64,000 nt of DNA from an uncultured Methanosarcinaceae archaeon. GTDB taxonomy: Archaea > Halobacteriota > Methanosarcinia > Methanosarcinales > Methanosarcinaceae. The notes under the pieces are model-generated. The model saw only the letters and a program-made list of their open reading frames with translations. It made no database searches and was not told the DNA's origin. Location: assembly GCA_963727895.1 (NCBI GenBank), contig CAVSHT010000012.1, positions 160,001-224,000 on the forward strand. Reading direction: 5' to 3'. The translations under genes were made by a program, and so were the position numbers. Positions 12,269 to 23,293 of this stretch are shown in pieces. Every line of letters begins with the position of its first letter. Position 1 is the first letter of the stretch.

Positions 12269-13708
12269 TTATGTATTCAGTTTCAGGTTTTTCTCTCTTA
12301 TTCTGCATCCAATACCGTAAAGGAGAGATATAACATCGTCTTCGACGGAATTTACATCACAATCTCCAAAAATAGTTATTCTATAAGTAACTCCGAGTTT
12401 TTCTGCTTCTTTTGTTCCTTTTTCATTTTCCACTTCAGTAAACCCTTTATATTCTTCCAGATTAATCCCATTATAGATATCACTTATTTCACAGGATGCA
12501 AGTTGTTTATTAGTGTTTATAACTCTAAGAATAATCGACGGGTCAGCCCCGTTAGGAATAAGGACTGAAATCTCTCTTATAGAATGTTTAAGTTTTTCTT
12601 TTCTCCATTCCAACAATTCGGATTCAGAAAGCAGGCGAAGATTTTCAAGTTTTAGTTTTACAAATTTATTTTTTATATTTGGGGAAGTGCCTTTTGATAC
12701 CAGCTTTTTAAGAACTATCTCGTCTGGACCAACTTTTTCCAGAGTACCAACATGGATTTTTCCGGAATAAAAATGGGAAAACCCACAGTTTTTTCCAACG
12801 GAGTTCAGGATAGTCTCGTATTCAGCTATTCTAGAATTAATCAGTTTGTCCGATTTTCGCAGGGCATGAGTTGTATCACCGTATTTTCGAGCAGCAACTT
12901 TCATTTTTTTTACAAAGCCTTCTTCATCGTGAGTTCTCACAAGTCCTGAAAGCTCTTCACATTCCCTGATAAATGCTTCATGAACATCAAGAACTCCTGG
13001 ATTTTCCATCTGAATAAGGGCATATAGATAGGGATTTTGTCCAAGAATCCTGCCTACAAAGTCCAGCATTATGTCGTAGACAGGACTTACGAATTTTCTG
13101 GATTTTTTTACATCAAAGTCTAATCTGTCAATGGTAGTCCCTATGGTAATATATGTAAAATGGGTAAGTCCCTGCACAACCGAAACAAGCCTATCGTGCT
13201 CAGCTGCAGTAGTAATCTCAACATGGGCTCCCCCTTCCTCAAAAAGTTCTCTTATTACTGGAAACCATTTCTCTGAACGCTCCTTTACAGGGACGAGAAT
13301 AACAGTTTGCCCTCTGATAGTAGGAATTGTTGGACCAAACATTGGATGTGTGCCGATAATTTCTACATCTGAAGGGGCGAATTTTTTCATTGCTTCCACA
13401 GGCTTTACTTTAATAGAAGTAAAGTCCATAAGGAGGCTTCCAGCTTTCATTTTAGGGGCAAATTCCGAAATAGTTTCTTCAGTCACACTAATAGGCACTG
13501 AGACTATCACAATATCGGTTTCAGAAACAGTTTCCTCAATATTTGAGGCAAAAGGAACTCCTAATTTCTTTGCAATCTCAGTTTTTCCTCCTTTTCCCCA
13601 AACTGTAACTTTATAATCTCTTTCTTTGAAAAAACGGGTGAACCACTGTCCCATTTCACCAGTTCCGCCAAGGATCAATACCTTGGTTTTTTCAGGATTT
13701 TCATTCAT
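12269..13708 (-). CDS. tyrA: Prephenate dehydrogenase
   Basis: ILGGTGEMG Rossmann motif, DFTSIK, HPMFGP, EHDRLVSVVQGLTH; last gene of the aro cluster. Confidence 0.92.
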   Translation of the reverse strand: MNENPEKTKVLILGGTGEMGQWFTRFFKERDYKVTVWGKGGKTEIAKKLGVPFASNIEETVSETDIVIVSVPISVTEETISEFAPKMKAGSLLMDFTSIKVKPVEAMKKFAPSDVEIIGTHPMFGPTIPTIRGQTVILVPVKERSEKWFPVIRELFEEGGAHVEITTAAEHDRLVSVVQGLTHFTYITIGTTIDRLDFDVKKSRKFVSPVYDIMLDFVGRILGQNPYLYALIQMENPGVLDVHEAFIRECEELSGLVRTHDEEGFVKKMKVAARKYGDTTHALRKSDKLINSRIAEYETILNSVGKNCGFSHFYSGKIHVGTLEKVGPDEIVLKKLVSKGTSPNIKNKFVKLKLENLRLLSESELLEWRKEKLKHSIREISVLIPNGADPSIILRVINTNKQLASCEISDIYNGINLEEYKGFTEVENEKGTKEAEKLGVTYRITIFGDCDVNSVEDDVISLLYGIGCRIREKNLKLNT

Positions 13709-13740
13709 GGTGACCTGACTTATGGGTTCCAGATTGGCAC

Positions 13741-14583
13741 TCAAGACTGTAAAGCCTCCAGAACCGTTTTTTTCATAAGTTCGACTGGAGGTTCGATTCC
13801 TGTCCAGAGTCTAAATGCTTCAGCTCCCTGATATACAAGCATCAAGACTCCGCTTACAGTCTTTGCGCCTGAGGCTTTTGCTTCTTTTAAAAGTCTGGTT
13901 TCCAGGGGATTATAAACAATATCAAAAACAGTGAGGTTAGAATGGAGCTCTTTTGCAGTGGCAATAGCAGTATCCGTATTCGGGTGCATTCCAAGAGTTG
14001 TGGTATTGATCAAGACGTCGGCATCCTGCAGCAGGTCTTTTAATCCAGAGAGTCCTCTTCCCTCTACTTTTCCAGAAGGGGATGCGGCTGAGATATCTTC
14101 TGCAAGCTCAATTGCTCTGCCTTCAGTTCGGTTTACTATTGTGATTTCAGCGCCATCAGCTGCAAGCTGAAAAGCAATAGCTCTTGCTGCTCCACCCGCT
14201 CCTGCAACCACGATATTAGACCCCTTTATTTCCACTGTAGCATTCTGAAGTGCCTGTTTTGCTCCTAATCCGTCTGTATTGTACCCTTTTATTTCTCCAT
14301 TTTCCTCGAAGACTATAGTGTTTACAGCTCCGATCTTTTCGGCAAGTGGGTCAGGTTTTATGCAGCCAATTTTTAAAGCTGTCTCTTTTAGGGGGACTGT
14401 CAGGTTTACCCCTCCAAATCCCATAGCTTCAGCTCCAAGAATTGCTTTTTCCAGTTTTTCAGGTTTCACCCTGAAAGCGTGATAGACACAATCCATCTCA
14501 AGGGCTGAAAAAGCTGCATTATGCATTGCAGGAGAAAGGGAATGACCTATTGGATCTCCAAATACGCCAAAAATTTGTTTCAT
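13741..14583 (-). CDS. aroE: Shikimate dehydrogenase
   Basis: HSLSPAMHN, NLTVPLKE, GAVNT, NTDG, GAGGAARA, DIVYNP. Confidence 0.96.
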   Translation of the reverse strand: MKQIFGVFGDPIGHSLSPAMHNAAFSALEMDCVYHAFRVKPEKLEKAILGAEAMGFGGVNLTVPLKETALKIGCIKPDPLAEKIGAVNTIVFEENGEIKGYNTDGLGAKQALQNATVEIKGSNIVVAGAGGAARAIAFQLAADGAEITIVNRTEGRAIELAEDISAASPSGKVEGRGLSGLKDLLQDADVLINTTTLGMHPNTDTAIATAKELHSNLTVFDIVYNPLETRLLKEAKASGAKTVSGVLMLVYQGAEAFRLWTGIEPPVELMKKTVLEALQS

Positions 14584-15308
14584 TCAAGCATCTCCATTAT
14601 CTTTTTTACTTCATCTACCTGCAATTGTCCGGGAGCCGCAGAGATTTCACTTTCAACAGCCGCATATGTCAGGACCGAGCCGTAAAAAGGAGCAATCACT
14701 CTTGTATGTTTCCCAAGTTTTCCCATAGCAATAGCACATATAGCTCCTCTAGACTCCCTTGTTTCCAATGCAACTTTTAACAGGTCAAGTACATCTTTCA
14801 TTGATTGGGGCATAACAGCAAGTTTCGTAATATCTGCCCCTGCCAAAAATGCTTCTTCAAAAACAGTTTTCATTTCCTGAAAAGAAGGGGTTTTTGAAAA
14901 ATCATGGGAAGAAACGATTACGGTTTTTCCACACTCTTTTGCTGTTTTTATTACTTTGTCTCTTTCTGTTTTTCCGGCAGAAAGCTCTATATCTACTGCA
15001 TCTGGCCCATTTTTCATGAAAAGGAGATTTATGAGAAGTTCAGTTCTTTCGACCTCTTTTCCTTCCCATTTCCCTCCTTCCTTGCTGGAGCGATTTGTAA
15101 GAATTACCGAAAGTCCGGTTTCGGATTTCACTTTTCGGATTGTCTCTGCCGCGGTTTCCAGATCCCTAATTCCAAGTAAATCCAGCCGGACCTCGAGAAT
15201 ATCAGCTCCCATTTCGGCGGCTTTTCTTGAAGTTTCAAGGGGTTTTTCAAGGATTACTGCAACAACGGCAGCTTTTTTCTCAAGATCAAGCGGGCCAATA
15301 CGAATCAT
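14580..15308 (-). CDS. aroD: 3-dehydroquinate dehydratase type I
   Basis: EVRLD, LTNRSSKEGG, VDIEL, SSHDF, MGKLGKHTR, APGQ; ATG 15308 after GGAG (TTG 15353 is an alternative start). Confidence 0.94.
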   Translation of the reverse strand: MIRIGPLDLEKKAAVVAVILEKPLETSRKAAEMGADILEVRLDLLGIRDLETAAETIRKVKSETGLSVILTNRSSKEGGKWEGKEVERTELLINLLFMKNGPDAVDIELSAGKTERDKVIKTAKECGKTVIVSSHDFSKTPSFQEMKTVFEEAFLAGADITKLAVMPQSMKDVLDLLKVALETRESRGAICAIAMGKLGKHTRVIAPFYGSVLTYAAVESEISAAPGQLQVDEVKKIMEMLE

Positions 15309-15370
15309 TGCTTGCTCCAGGTTTCCTTTTTTGCTAATAGTTACTTTTGACAAGTTATACTTTTGACAAG

Positions 15371-16507
15371 TTACTTTTCTATAATCGTTTCCTCAATCTT
15401 TTTTCCAAAATGCCTTGCTCCCTCTTCCAGACGAACCATAACCTCATCCCCTTTCTTGAGTTTGGCGACTGATATAGGATTTCCATCTTTTCCAACCAGT
15501 TTGATGGTCTCGGCATTTTGCAGGATGGCGCTTAGGGTCCTGTCTCCTACTTTTGCTTCAATAAGCATTAGAGGACGGCTTTCTATCTTGACCCTGCCCA
15601 CAATACCTTCTCTCTGTTTTCCTTTTGAATCTACAATAGTTACCATATCTCCAGTCCTGAGTTCCGATAGGTAACATGTTTTATCTCCTATTTTTATATA
15701 AGAGTGAACTGCACCCGCATTTACTCTGAACGGGCGAGCTGCCACATAAGGGCTGTCATCGGATTCTGAATTTACCAGGAACATCCCACTTGCCTGAGAA
15801 CCTATAAGCATACCTTCTCCTCTTTGCATGAGGTTGCAGGTATCCACACAAACTCGATCTCCCATTCCAAGAGGTTCTACCTGGGTTACAACTGCAGTCT
15901 CAAGCTTGGTATTCTCGTTTTCCAGCTCCCTTGCAGCCTGAATAGTATCTTTTATTTCCTGAGGATTTTCACTGTCAATAAGTACTCCATCTGCTCCTGC
16001 CTCAAGAGTTTTGAAAGCCAATTTAGCTTCCTCTGCACTCTTTACCCCGAAAATTATCTTTACATCATAACGCTGAAGTTCAGCTATCAGGTTTTCTAGA
16101 GGGATAACTTTCCAGTCTGTTCCAGTCACAATCAGGAAATCGCAGACTTTTCCCAATTCGGCTGCGAAATGCTCATAGCGTTTATCCTTTATTACAACAT
16201 ATCCGCCTACAGCTATCCCTTTATCCCTTAGAAGGGTTGCTGCGTTTATGTCAAGAGAACCCGAGGTCTCAAGAGACAGGGGTTTTGTCCCATCGCCTTC
16301 TCCTCTTTTTCCAACGACAATAATCTCAGCTCCTGATTTATTGTCACGACTAAAGGTTGCTACTGGAATATTTCCCAATTCTTTGACTTTTGCGACATCG
16401 CCTGGATTTACAAGTACACAATCGGCTCCTGATTCAAGGCCTGTTGTAATCCTTTCTTTCTGTTGTTCCCATTCGCCTTCATCGGCTTTTATCCACACGC
16501 TTTTCAT
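15371..16507 (-). CDS. aroB': 3-dehydroquinate synthase II
   Basis: DWKVIPLENLIA, GDRVCVDTC, RPFRVNAGAVHSY, LQNAETI. Confidence 0.93.
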   Translation of the reverse strand: MKSVWIKADEGEWEQQKERITTGLESGADCVLVNPGDVAKVKELGNIPVATFSRDNKSGAEIIVVGKRGEGDGTKPLSLETSGSLDINAATLLRDKGIAVGGYVVIKDKRYEHFAAELGKVCDFLIVTGTDWKVIPLENLIAELQRYDVKIIFGVKSAEEAKLAFKTLEAGADGVLIDSENPQEIKDTIQAARELENENTKLETAVVTQVEPLGMGDRVCVDTCNLMQRGEGMLIGSQASGMFLVNSESDDSPYVAARPFRVNAGAVHSYIKIGDKTCYLSELRTGDMVTIVDSKGKQREGIVGRVKIESRPLMLIEAKVGDRTLSAILQNAETIKLVGKDGNPISVAKLKKGDEVMVRLEEGARHFGKKIEETIIEK

Positions 16508-16606
16508 TTTCAAAGGCTTTAACCCCGGTATATTTTTTATTTGAATCAGGCCTATCACTTTTTAACATTTATTCAGGTTCTGGTCTTGCTTTCCAATATC
16601 TATCTC

Positions 16607-17404
16607 TTATTTCAACTGTTCGAGAGCTTCGTCTACAGACCTTCTATGATGTACGATTTCGCAGATAGCCCTGGTTAGTCTTACAGGGTCTTTATGCTGG
16701 AAAACGTTTCTTCCGATTGCAGCACCTCTCGCTCCAGCTTCTATGGCTCCATCAATCATCTCTAAGAGGTCTCTATCTGTTGAGGTTTTAGGCCCTCCTG
16801 CAATAACTACAGGAACAGGGCAGCCTCTAACAACATCTCTGAAGCTGTCAGGATCTCCAGTGTAAACGGTTTTTACTACATCGGCTCCGAGTTCAGCCCC
16901 GATCCTTGCAGCATGTGCTACGTTTACAGGATCATGGGGGTTGGTGATTTTTTTACCTCGGGGGTACATCATAGCAAGAAGAGGCATACCCCATTCTGTA
17001 CAGTCTCTAGAGATTTTTCCGAGTTGTTCCAGCTGGTCAGCTTCGGTTTGAGAACCTATATTAATATGCATTGAAACGGCATCGGCTCCCATTTTTATTA
17101 CTTCTTCTACTGTACAGACCTGCACCTTAGCATTTGGGTCTGGACTCAAGGACGAAGAACCACTAATATGTACTATCAGACCTATGTCATGGCCGTATCC
17201 TCTGTGTCCGTATTTTACCATTCCTTTCTGCATAAGGACAGCGTTTGCTCCTCCTTCGGCGACTTTGTTTACTGTATCTGTGATATTGATAAGCCCAGGA
17301 ATAGGCCCATCTGAAATCCCATGATCCATGGGAATAACGACCATGTTTCTGCTTTCCCGGTTCATCAGTCTTTCTATACGTATCTTTTTACCAATTTCTG
17401 ACAT
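16607..17404 (-). CDS. aroA': 2-amino-3,7-dideoxy-D-threo-hept-6-ulosonate synthase (DhnA-type aldolase)
   Basis: [31 protein letters not shown]; directly upstream of aroB'. Confidence 0.92.
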   Translation of the reverse strand: MSEIGKKIRIERLMNRESRNMVVIPMDHGISDGPIPGLINITDTVNKVAEGGANAVLMQKGMVKYGHRGYGHDIGLIVHISGSSSLSPDPNAKVQVCTVEEVIKMGADAVSMHINIGSQTEADQLEQLGKISRDCTEWGMPLLAMMYPRGKKITNPHDPVNVAHAARIGAELGADVVKTVYTGDPDSFRDVVRGCPVPVVIAGGPKTSTDRDLLEMIDGAIEAGARGAAIGRNVFQHKDPVRLTRAICEIVHHRRSVDEALEQLK

Positions 17405-17803
17405 TGTGATCCCCTTAATGTTTTATCGCTCTCAATTGCTATTAATAATATTCACTTAAACTATCATGCTAGTATGTCACATGCTAACACACTCAATCTA
17501 TTTAAAGCTATTCCGCCTGGATATAAGGCAAACTATTCATTCTAATAAAAATGATTATTCTTGAACTTTTCTGTATGAATATGTCCTATACTGCTCATAT
17601 TTGTGGTTCATTATTTGTAGCTTACTCTTGTTCATAAACTATATGAATAAACTAAACTAAACTTAGAAGCTTCTTGATCCCGAAAACAGGCACAGACTCT
17701 AAATTTCTAAATCATACGAGAATTAAAATAGAATAAGATTGGCTAATAAAGTAAACTTGGAGCTTGAGATAAATATAATACTAAAACAGGAACTGAAGTA
17801 ATT

Positions 17804-18373
17804 ATGAAAGAACTGAAAATTCTTGTTGTTAATAACTATGGACAATTTTGCCATCTCATTCATCGGGCTGTTCGGGATCTTGATATGGATACGAAAATAA
17901 TTCCCAACACAACTCCAATTGAAGATGTTCTGGCAGAGGAACCTGATGGACTGATCTTTAGTGGTGGACCGAAAATGGATAGGGCAGGCTTATGTTTTGA
18001 TTATGCCCGAAAAATTGACCTTCCTATTCTTGGAATCTGCCTCGGACATCAGGCAATTGCTCTGGCATACGGGGGTCATGTTCATTCAGGAAAAAAAGGT
18101 GGCTATGCAGAAGTTGAGATAGAGGTTCTCGAAGAAGATGATATTCTGCGGGGACTTGGTCCCAAAACTACTGTCTGGGCTTCACATGCCGATGAAGTTG
18201 TCGTTATGCCTGAGAGCTTCCTTCATCTTGCCAGGTCAGATGTCTGTGAAATTGAAGCAATGCGCCATCCTACAAAACCAATTTACGGTGTTCAGTGGCA
18301 TCCTGAAGTTTCCCATACTGAGAAAGGGGAAGAATTACTTATTAACTTCCTTGGAATTTGCGAGCAATATTAA
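17804..18373 (+). CDS. guaAA: GMP synthase glutamine amidotransferase subunit A
   Basis: [22 protein letters not shown] class I GATase motifs. Confidence 0.93.
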   Translation: MKELKILVVNNYGQFCHLIHRAVRDLDMDTKIIPNTTPIEDVLAEEPDGLIFSGGPKMDRAGLCFDYARKIDLPILGICLGHQAIALAYGGHVHSGKKGGYAEVEIEVLEEDDILRGLGPKTTVWASHADEVVVMPESFLHLARSDVCEIEAMRHPTKPIYGVQWHPEVSHTEKGEELLINFLGICEQY

Positions 18374-18506
18374 TTAGCGTTAATTATCGACGTCAATAAT
18401 GAATTATGTCAATTATGAATATATTGACTTGGAAATATTCTGTAAAGTTGGTAATTGTATAAGAAAAATGAATACTATATAATATAAACAAGAACTTCGG
18501 GATAAA

Positions 18507-19838
18507 TTACATCCCGAGTCTTTTCTTCATCATTTTCTGAACATTGAATTTTCCACCTCTAAAGCCTTTTAGAGCTGTCTGCATAGTTTTGTGATATTTC
18601 AGAAGTTCTCTTACGTCTTCAGGACTGCAGCCTGAACCTCTTGAAATCCTTTTAATCCGGGAACCACCAATTATTTTTGGATCAGTCATCTCTGCTTCTG
18701 TCATGGAGTCCATAATAGTCCTGTAGTTCTTCATCTTGTCACTTGTAGCCTGGAACATTTCATCTGAGAGCTTAACGCCTCCCATTCCGCCCAATCCCAT
18801 TGGCAGCATAGACATAATCTGTTTGAGAGGCCCCATCTTGTTCATGGCTTCAAGCTGTTTATACATATCTTTGAGAGTGAACTTTCCCTGCATCAAAGCT
18901 TCCACATTTACGTCTTCTTCGCTCAGGGTTTCTTCAGCTTTTTCCATCAGGCTTTTGAGGTCTCCCATTCCAAGAAGCCTGGAGATGAATCTATCAACCT
19001 CGAATTTTTCAAAGTCCTCTGAGGTTTCTCCAACACCGATAAAAGCAATAGGGGCTTTTGTTTCGGATACAGCAGAAAGGGCTCCACCTCCTTTTGCGGT
19101 TCCGTCAAGTTTAGTTATAATAACGCCTGTAATTCCCACGGAATTATTAAATGCCTGGGCTTGTTGGCTTGCTTGCTGTCCTATTCCTGCGTCCAGCACC
19201 ATGAACTTGTGATTCGGCTTTGCAACGGCATTAATCCGTTCCATCTCATCTATAAGATCGGCTTCAAGGGCGTGCCGGCCAGCCGTATCAACTATTCTCA
19301 CATCGTATTTTTCCAAGGCTTTGAGACCATTTCTTGTGATTTCAACAGCATCGGGATTATTTTCTTCTCCATAGAAAGCTACATTGAGCTTTTCACAGAG
19401 GGTTTTAAGCTGGTGGTATGCACCCGGACGGAAAGTATCTGCGGCAACAACTCCTGCTTTAAGTCCTTTTCTCTGGAAGTAGCGGGCAAGTTTTGCAGTA
19501 CTTGTGGTTTTTCCGCTACCCTGAAGCCCTACCATCATTATAATCTGGGGTTTGAGCTGGATTTCAGCTCCCTTGCCAATAATTCCCATCAGTTCCTGGT
19601 AAACAATACGAATTACGTGCTCCCTCGGGTTCATACCTGCAGGAGGGTCTTCTTTCATTGCACGCTCTTTGATTTTCTGGGACATCACCATAACAAGTTT
19701 TACATTCACGTCGGCCTGGAGCAGAGCTCGCTGGATATCTTTTACTACTTCATTGACCGTGCGCTCATCAATTCGCCCCGCGCCGATTAACTTTTTGAGC
19801 GCCCCCTGTAAAGAGTCTCCAAGTTTTTCCATTACCAT
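18507..19838 (-). CDS. srp54: Signal recognition particle protein SRP54
   Basis: [26 protein letters not shown], Met-rich C-terminal M domain. Confidence 0.97.
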   Translation of the reverse strand: MVMEKLGDSLQGALKKLIGAGRIDERTVNEVVKDIQRALLQADVNVKLVMVMSQKIKERAMKEDPPAGMNPREHVIRIVYQELMGIIGKGAEIQLKPQIIMMVGLQGSGKTTSTAKLARYFQRKGLKAGVVAADTFRPGAYHQLKTLCEKLNVAFYGEENNPDAVEITRNGLKALEKYDVRIVDTAGRHALEADLIDEMERINAVAKPNHKFMVLDAGIGQQASQQAQAFNNSVGITGVIITKLDGTAKGGGALSAVSETKAPIAFIGVGETSEDFEKFEVDRFISRLLGMGDLKSLMEKAEETLSEEDVNVEALMQGKFTLKDMYKQLEAMNKMGPLKQIMSMLPMGLGGMGGVKLSDEMFQATSDKMKNYRTIMDSMTEAEMTDPKIIGGSRIKRISRGSGCSPEDVRELLKYHKTMQTALKGFRGGKFNVQKMMKKRLGM

Positions 19839-20094
19839 ATGAAAATCATCCTGCTCATTTTTTGAGGATATATGAAAAGATACTCACTCTTTTTTGACAT
19901 TGTGTAAGAGAGTAACCTTCCTTAATAAGCCTTGAGTTTAAGTAGCTTAAAAACGGGCTAAGTAAATGGGTTCTAGGTATAAGTCGATAACCGACTATAA
20001 AAAAGTTGCCTGGTATCAATATCTGAAAAAGTAACATCTGAAATACTCTAAATAATGTTAAAACACAAACAAATCCAGAAAAGAATTTTTACTA

Positions 20095-20169
20095 TAGCGG
20101 GGGATGGATTCGAACCATCGGTCTACGGGTTATGAGCCCGTCGGGATCTCCTGGCTACCCCACCCCGCT
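20095..20169 (-). tRNA. Initiator tRNA-Met (CAT)
   Basis: Reverse complement AGCGGGG...ACGGG-CTCATAA-CCCGT...GGTTCGAATCC...CCCCGCTA; A1-U72 pair and three G-C pairs in the anticodon stem. Confidence 0.95.
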
Positions 20170-20407
20170 ACAGGGTTTTATTTCTCAGGCCACTTTGCCT
20201 GGGATAACAAGCACAACATGCCAACTATTGTTTATATAGTTGTCGGTCGTTGTTCTCTTTTTTGTAATTTTATTGAGAAACATATTGTTTTTCTAACCTA
20301 TTTTTGTAATTATTCCAGTCTCTTCTGATTTTGTTTTCTGTAAGTTATTTTTTGTTTACTGATTTTTTTCGGAAACGTATTTGAAATCTCAAACCATAAA
20401 TCATATT

Positions 20408-20593
20408 ATGACAAGGTGCTTATTCTGTGGAGCTTATTGTGAAGTAAAGTGTGGAGTTTACTGTGAAGGATATCCTGGAATCCAGGGAGAAAAGGAAGAG
20501 GGTAAGGAAATTCTTGTATGCACGCAAATTGGTACATCTTATATCTGCGAAAACTGTCTTAAGGACTTAAAACAGGCTCTTGATTCTGTCTAA
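20408..20593 (+). CDS. Small Cys-rich putative zinc-binding protein (61 aa)
   Basis: CLFC...CENC pairs, 8 Cys in total; coding-like composition within an AT-rich spacer. Confidence 0.65.
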   Translation: MTRCLFCGAYCEVKCGVYCEGYPGIQGEKEEGKEILVCTQIGTSYICENCLKDLKQALDSV

Positions 20594-20706
20594 AGGGTAA
20601 AAACTGAAGAGGTAAAACTGAAACGAATATTATTCAAGGTAAAAAGTTTTCTTCTCCTTTACCCAATGAAGTGTATGACCCGAAAAAGGACAGGTCTAGC
20701 CGGTAT

Positions 20707-21531
20707 TTAGACAACTTCAACCTTAAGTTTGAAAGTATCTTCTTTTCCGGTTACATTTTCCCAGGGCCTTTTATATATTCCTGTTATCTGCTGGTTGCCT
20801 GAATTTACAGCTTTTATCTTCCATTGGTGAGTTCCTGGAACTCCGGTATAACCTTCAGGAGCTTGATCCTGTGTATACTCGTCGTTGAGAATGTGGAGTC
20901 CATGGCTCAAATTGAGTTGCCAGGAATAGCCTGTGGACGGATTTTCTCTGAGTCTAAGGTAAAAAGTTGCTCCATTCTCGAGATTTATTATTGCCCCATT
21001 GTTAGTTTCAGTTAATACTTGCTGTTTCGCTGGTATAGAACTGGTAGATTGCTGAGGTATATTATCAACTGCAAGTTCAAAATATCCTTTTACTCCATTT
21101 ACATTTACAGTATAGTTTCCAGCTTTGAGTCCCTGGACTTCAAGAGGAATATTTTCTGTAAAGTTCTTTATAACCTGTGTACAGACTGCGTCTTTCGGGT
21201 GGTTTGTACTTATATTGATATTAAAGGTATTACCTTCTCTTTCAGTCTTTATTTTATCGATCTCAGTACATCCATCAGGCAAATAACCTTCTGCTATCAC
21301 CTGTACATGTACAGGAAAAGACTCAAGGCTTACAATTTTTATATTCTGCACGTTTGCAGTGCTATATATATAATCTATTCCATTGTTTTCCTCAGTATTG
21401 TTTGTTGTATTTCCTGCCTTGGTTTCGTTCTGTCCTTTGTCAACACAGCCGGAAAGAATAATCACAAAAACCATAAACAGGAATGTCATAATTTTTGTAT
21501 ATTCACAAAACATACTGCTTGTTTTCTTCAT
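20707..21531 (-). CDS. Lipoprotein with C-terminal chagasin-like (I42) protease inhibitor domain
   Basis: Lipobox ILSGC; ENPSTGYSW, GVPG, YKRPWE chagasin loops. Confidence 0.85.
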   Translation of the reverse strand: MKKTSSMFCEYTKIMTFLFMVFVIILSGCVDKGQNETKAGNTTNNTEENNGIDYIYSTANVQNIKIVSLESFPVHVQVIAEGYLPDGCTEIDKIKTEREGNTFNINISTNHPKDAVCTQVIKNFTENIPLEVQGLKAGNYTVNVNGVKGYFELAVDNIPQQSTSSIPAKQQVLTETNNGAIINLENGATFYLRLRENPSTGYSWQLNLSHGLHILNDEYTQDQAPEGYTGVPGTHQWKIKAVNSGNQQITGIYKRPWENVTGKEDTFKLKVEVV

Positions 21532-22197
21532 TTTTCCCTCTTTCTCTCTAATCTATTTCTGAAAAGATGCGCTTATTTTGGATTTATTCTTTGGGTTTTG
21601 TAGAAATGCACTAAAAACAAGTTTCGTTAACTTGAACTAAATATTTGATTCTTTTTTACTGGTTTCATTTCAGTCTTTTGGATCTGATTTTTGATAGTTT
21701 TTCTAGAAAATTATTTTTTGCTTAATCATCTAAAATATTATTTCCTTTATACTAATAAAATATACTCTTTTAACCTAATTGTTTATAATGTTATTATCTC
21801 TTCTCTTATGTTTTTAAAAATATCTATTTTATAATTTCAAAATATTCAAAAGATCTCTTTTTTCACTATTATCAAAAAACATAAGATCTGGCATTTAAGA
21901 AGATACCAAGTTGATTTATTTTAAACAAGTTCTCTTAAATACCATAAAATAAGCTGTTTATAACTCAAAAGATGTTTAGAGTGTACTTTTTCTTGAATGG
22001 TATCAAGGTAGCCTGTAATATCTTCAAAGTTAAGAGAAAAATTAAGCTTAATGAAGATAATTCATATATAAAAATAAGTAAAACTTACAAGAGCATTTTT
22101 TTTATTTTAAACGGCATTAAAGCATCTTCATTGTTTGCAAAAACAGGAATAAGTTGAGCATTTTTTATCTACTATTTTTTCCTAACCAAATCCGCTT

Positions 22198-22974
22198 TTA
22201 TATCTCTTGAGCTTGCTTTCCATAATGCATAATGAGGTCTTCAGTCCATTCCAACGCTGAAGGCTTGAAGCCTATAATTGTCTCCTGGTCAAAAACACCT
22301 TTCGAAGTAAGAAAATCGATAGCCATGAAACGTTCTGTCTTAACAAGCATAGCAATCTTTATCTCATCCTTACAGATAAAAAGCCTCCTTTTATCTCTGT
22401 CAAGATAAAGTTTCAGTTCTTTCTCGAAGTCGGTTTTCAGTCTTTCATAGATTTTTCCTGTTACTATTAGAGTTATCTCAATATCATTATTTTGGTTTGT
22501 TAAGAATATTTTAGAAAACACCGGATGAAATATTGACGAAAAAGATATTATTTTTTTTGAGTTTCTTATGTTTTCCAAAAAAATAGAAGAAGGCTCAAAA
22601 ATATTATCTCTATCTGGTTTAACAAGAAAGCAGGACTTTAAGTCATTAATTCTTTTCAGGAATGCTCTGGGTAGGGCTGTGAGATCACGTTCTTGCCAAT
22701 AATCTTCATTTTTCTCAATGACCTGTAGAATATCAAGCAGAGGTTCCATTTTTTCAACCAAAATTTCCGCAAGAGGAGTTAATCTATATTCTCGATCTTC
22801 CTGATAAACAAGATGTTCATCTTTTAATTTTTTGATTTGAGGAAGCATGCCTGTCGGGTTAACGTTCAGAATATCTACAATTTCCTCTCTCGTTTTACTT
22901 CCGTTTTTGAGCAGGAGCAAAAGGTCTTTTCTCTTTTGGGACATAAATAATAGATCTATCAGGTTTTTGTCCAT
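22198..22974 (-). CDS. Winged-helix transcriptional regulator (Methanosarcina ArsR/DUF1724 type)
   Basis: SQKRKDLLLLL..LPQIKKL..YRLTPLAE wHTH; YWQERDLTALP..FLKRI; ALEW. Confidence 0.85.
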   Translation of the reverse strand: MDKNLIDLLFMSQKRKDLLLLLKNGSKTREEIVDILNVNPTGMLPQIKKLKDEHLVYQEDREYRLTPLAEILVEKMEPLLDILQVIEKNEDYWQERDLTALPRAFLKRINDLKSCFLVKPDRDNIFEPSSIFLENIRNSKKIISFSSIFHPVFSKIFLTNQNNDIEITLIVTGKIYERLKTDFEKELKLYLDRDKRRLFICKDEIKIAMLVKTERFMAIDFLTSKGVFDQETIIGFKPSALEWTEDLIMHYGKQAQEI

Positions 22975-23293
22975 TCATTTCACTTTCCAGATATAGCGTT
23001 TCTGTGAAAGATTTCTTTTCCTTCTATTTTTCAGAAAAGGTTTCTAAACGAACGTCTATTTTATAAAGGGATTCTTTAGGGATTTTTTGAAGTTAGCTTC
23101 AGTTACACTTTATCATATAGTGAGAGCTTTTTATTTCTCTTTTAAGTATTTCTTTTTAATCTCATGCTTTCCTTTTAATTTTTCCTGTATTCCTATAACA
23201 AGATCATAAACTTTAAAGTTTATGATCTCAGTTATATAGCTCAAATATATAAATTGGGAAATGTATGCTCTCTAACTGGCGAGTATCCTGCCA

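Noticed and set aside
15343..15373. 15-bp direct repeat ACTTTTGACAAGTTA x2 between aroB' and aroD
   Set aside because: Simple slippage duplication at a stop codon; similar short duplications occur at ~47039-47061 and ~60673-60701 with no sign of function
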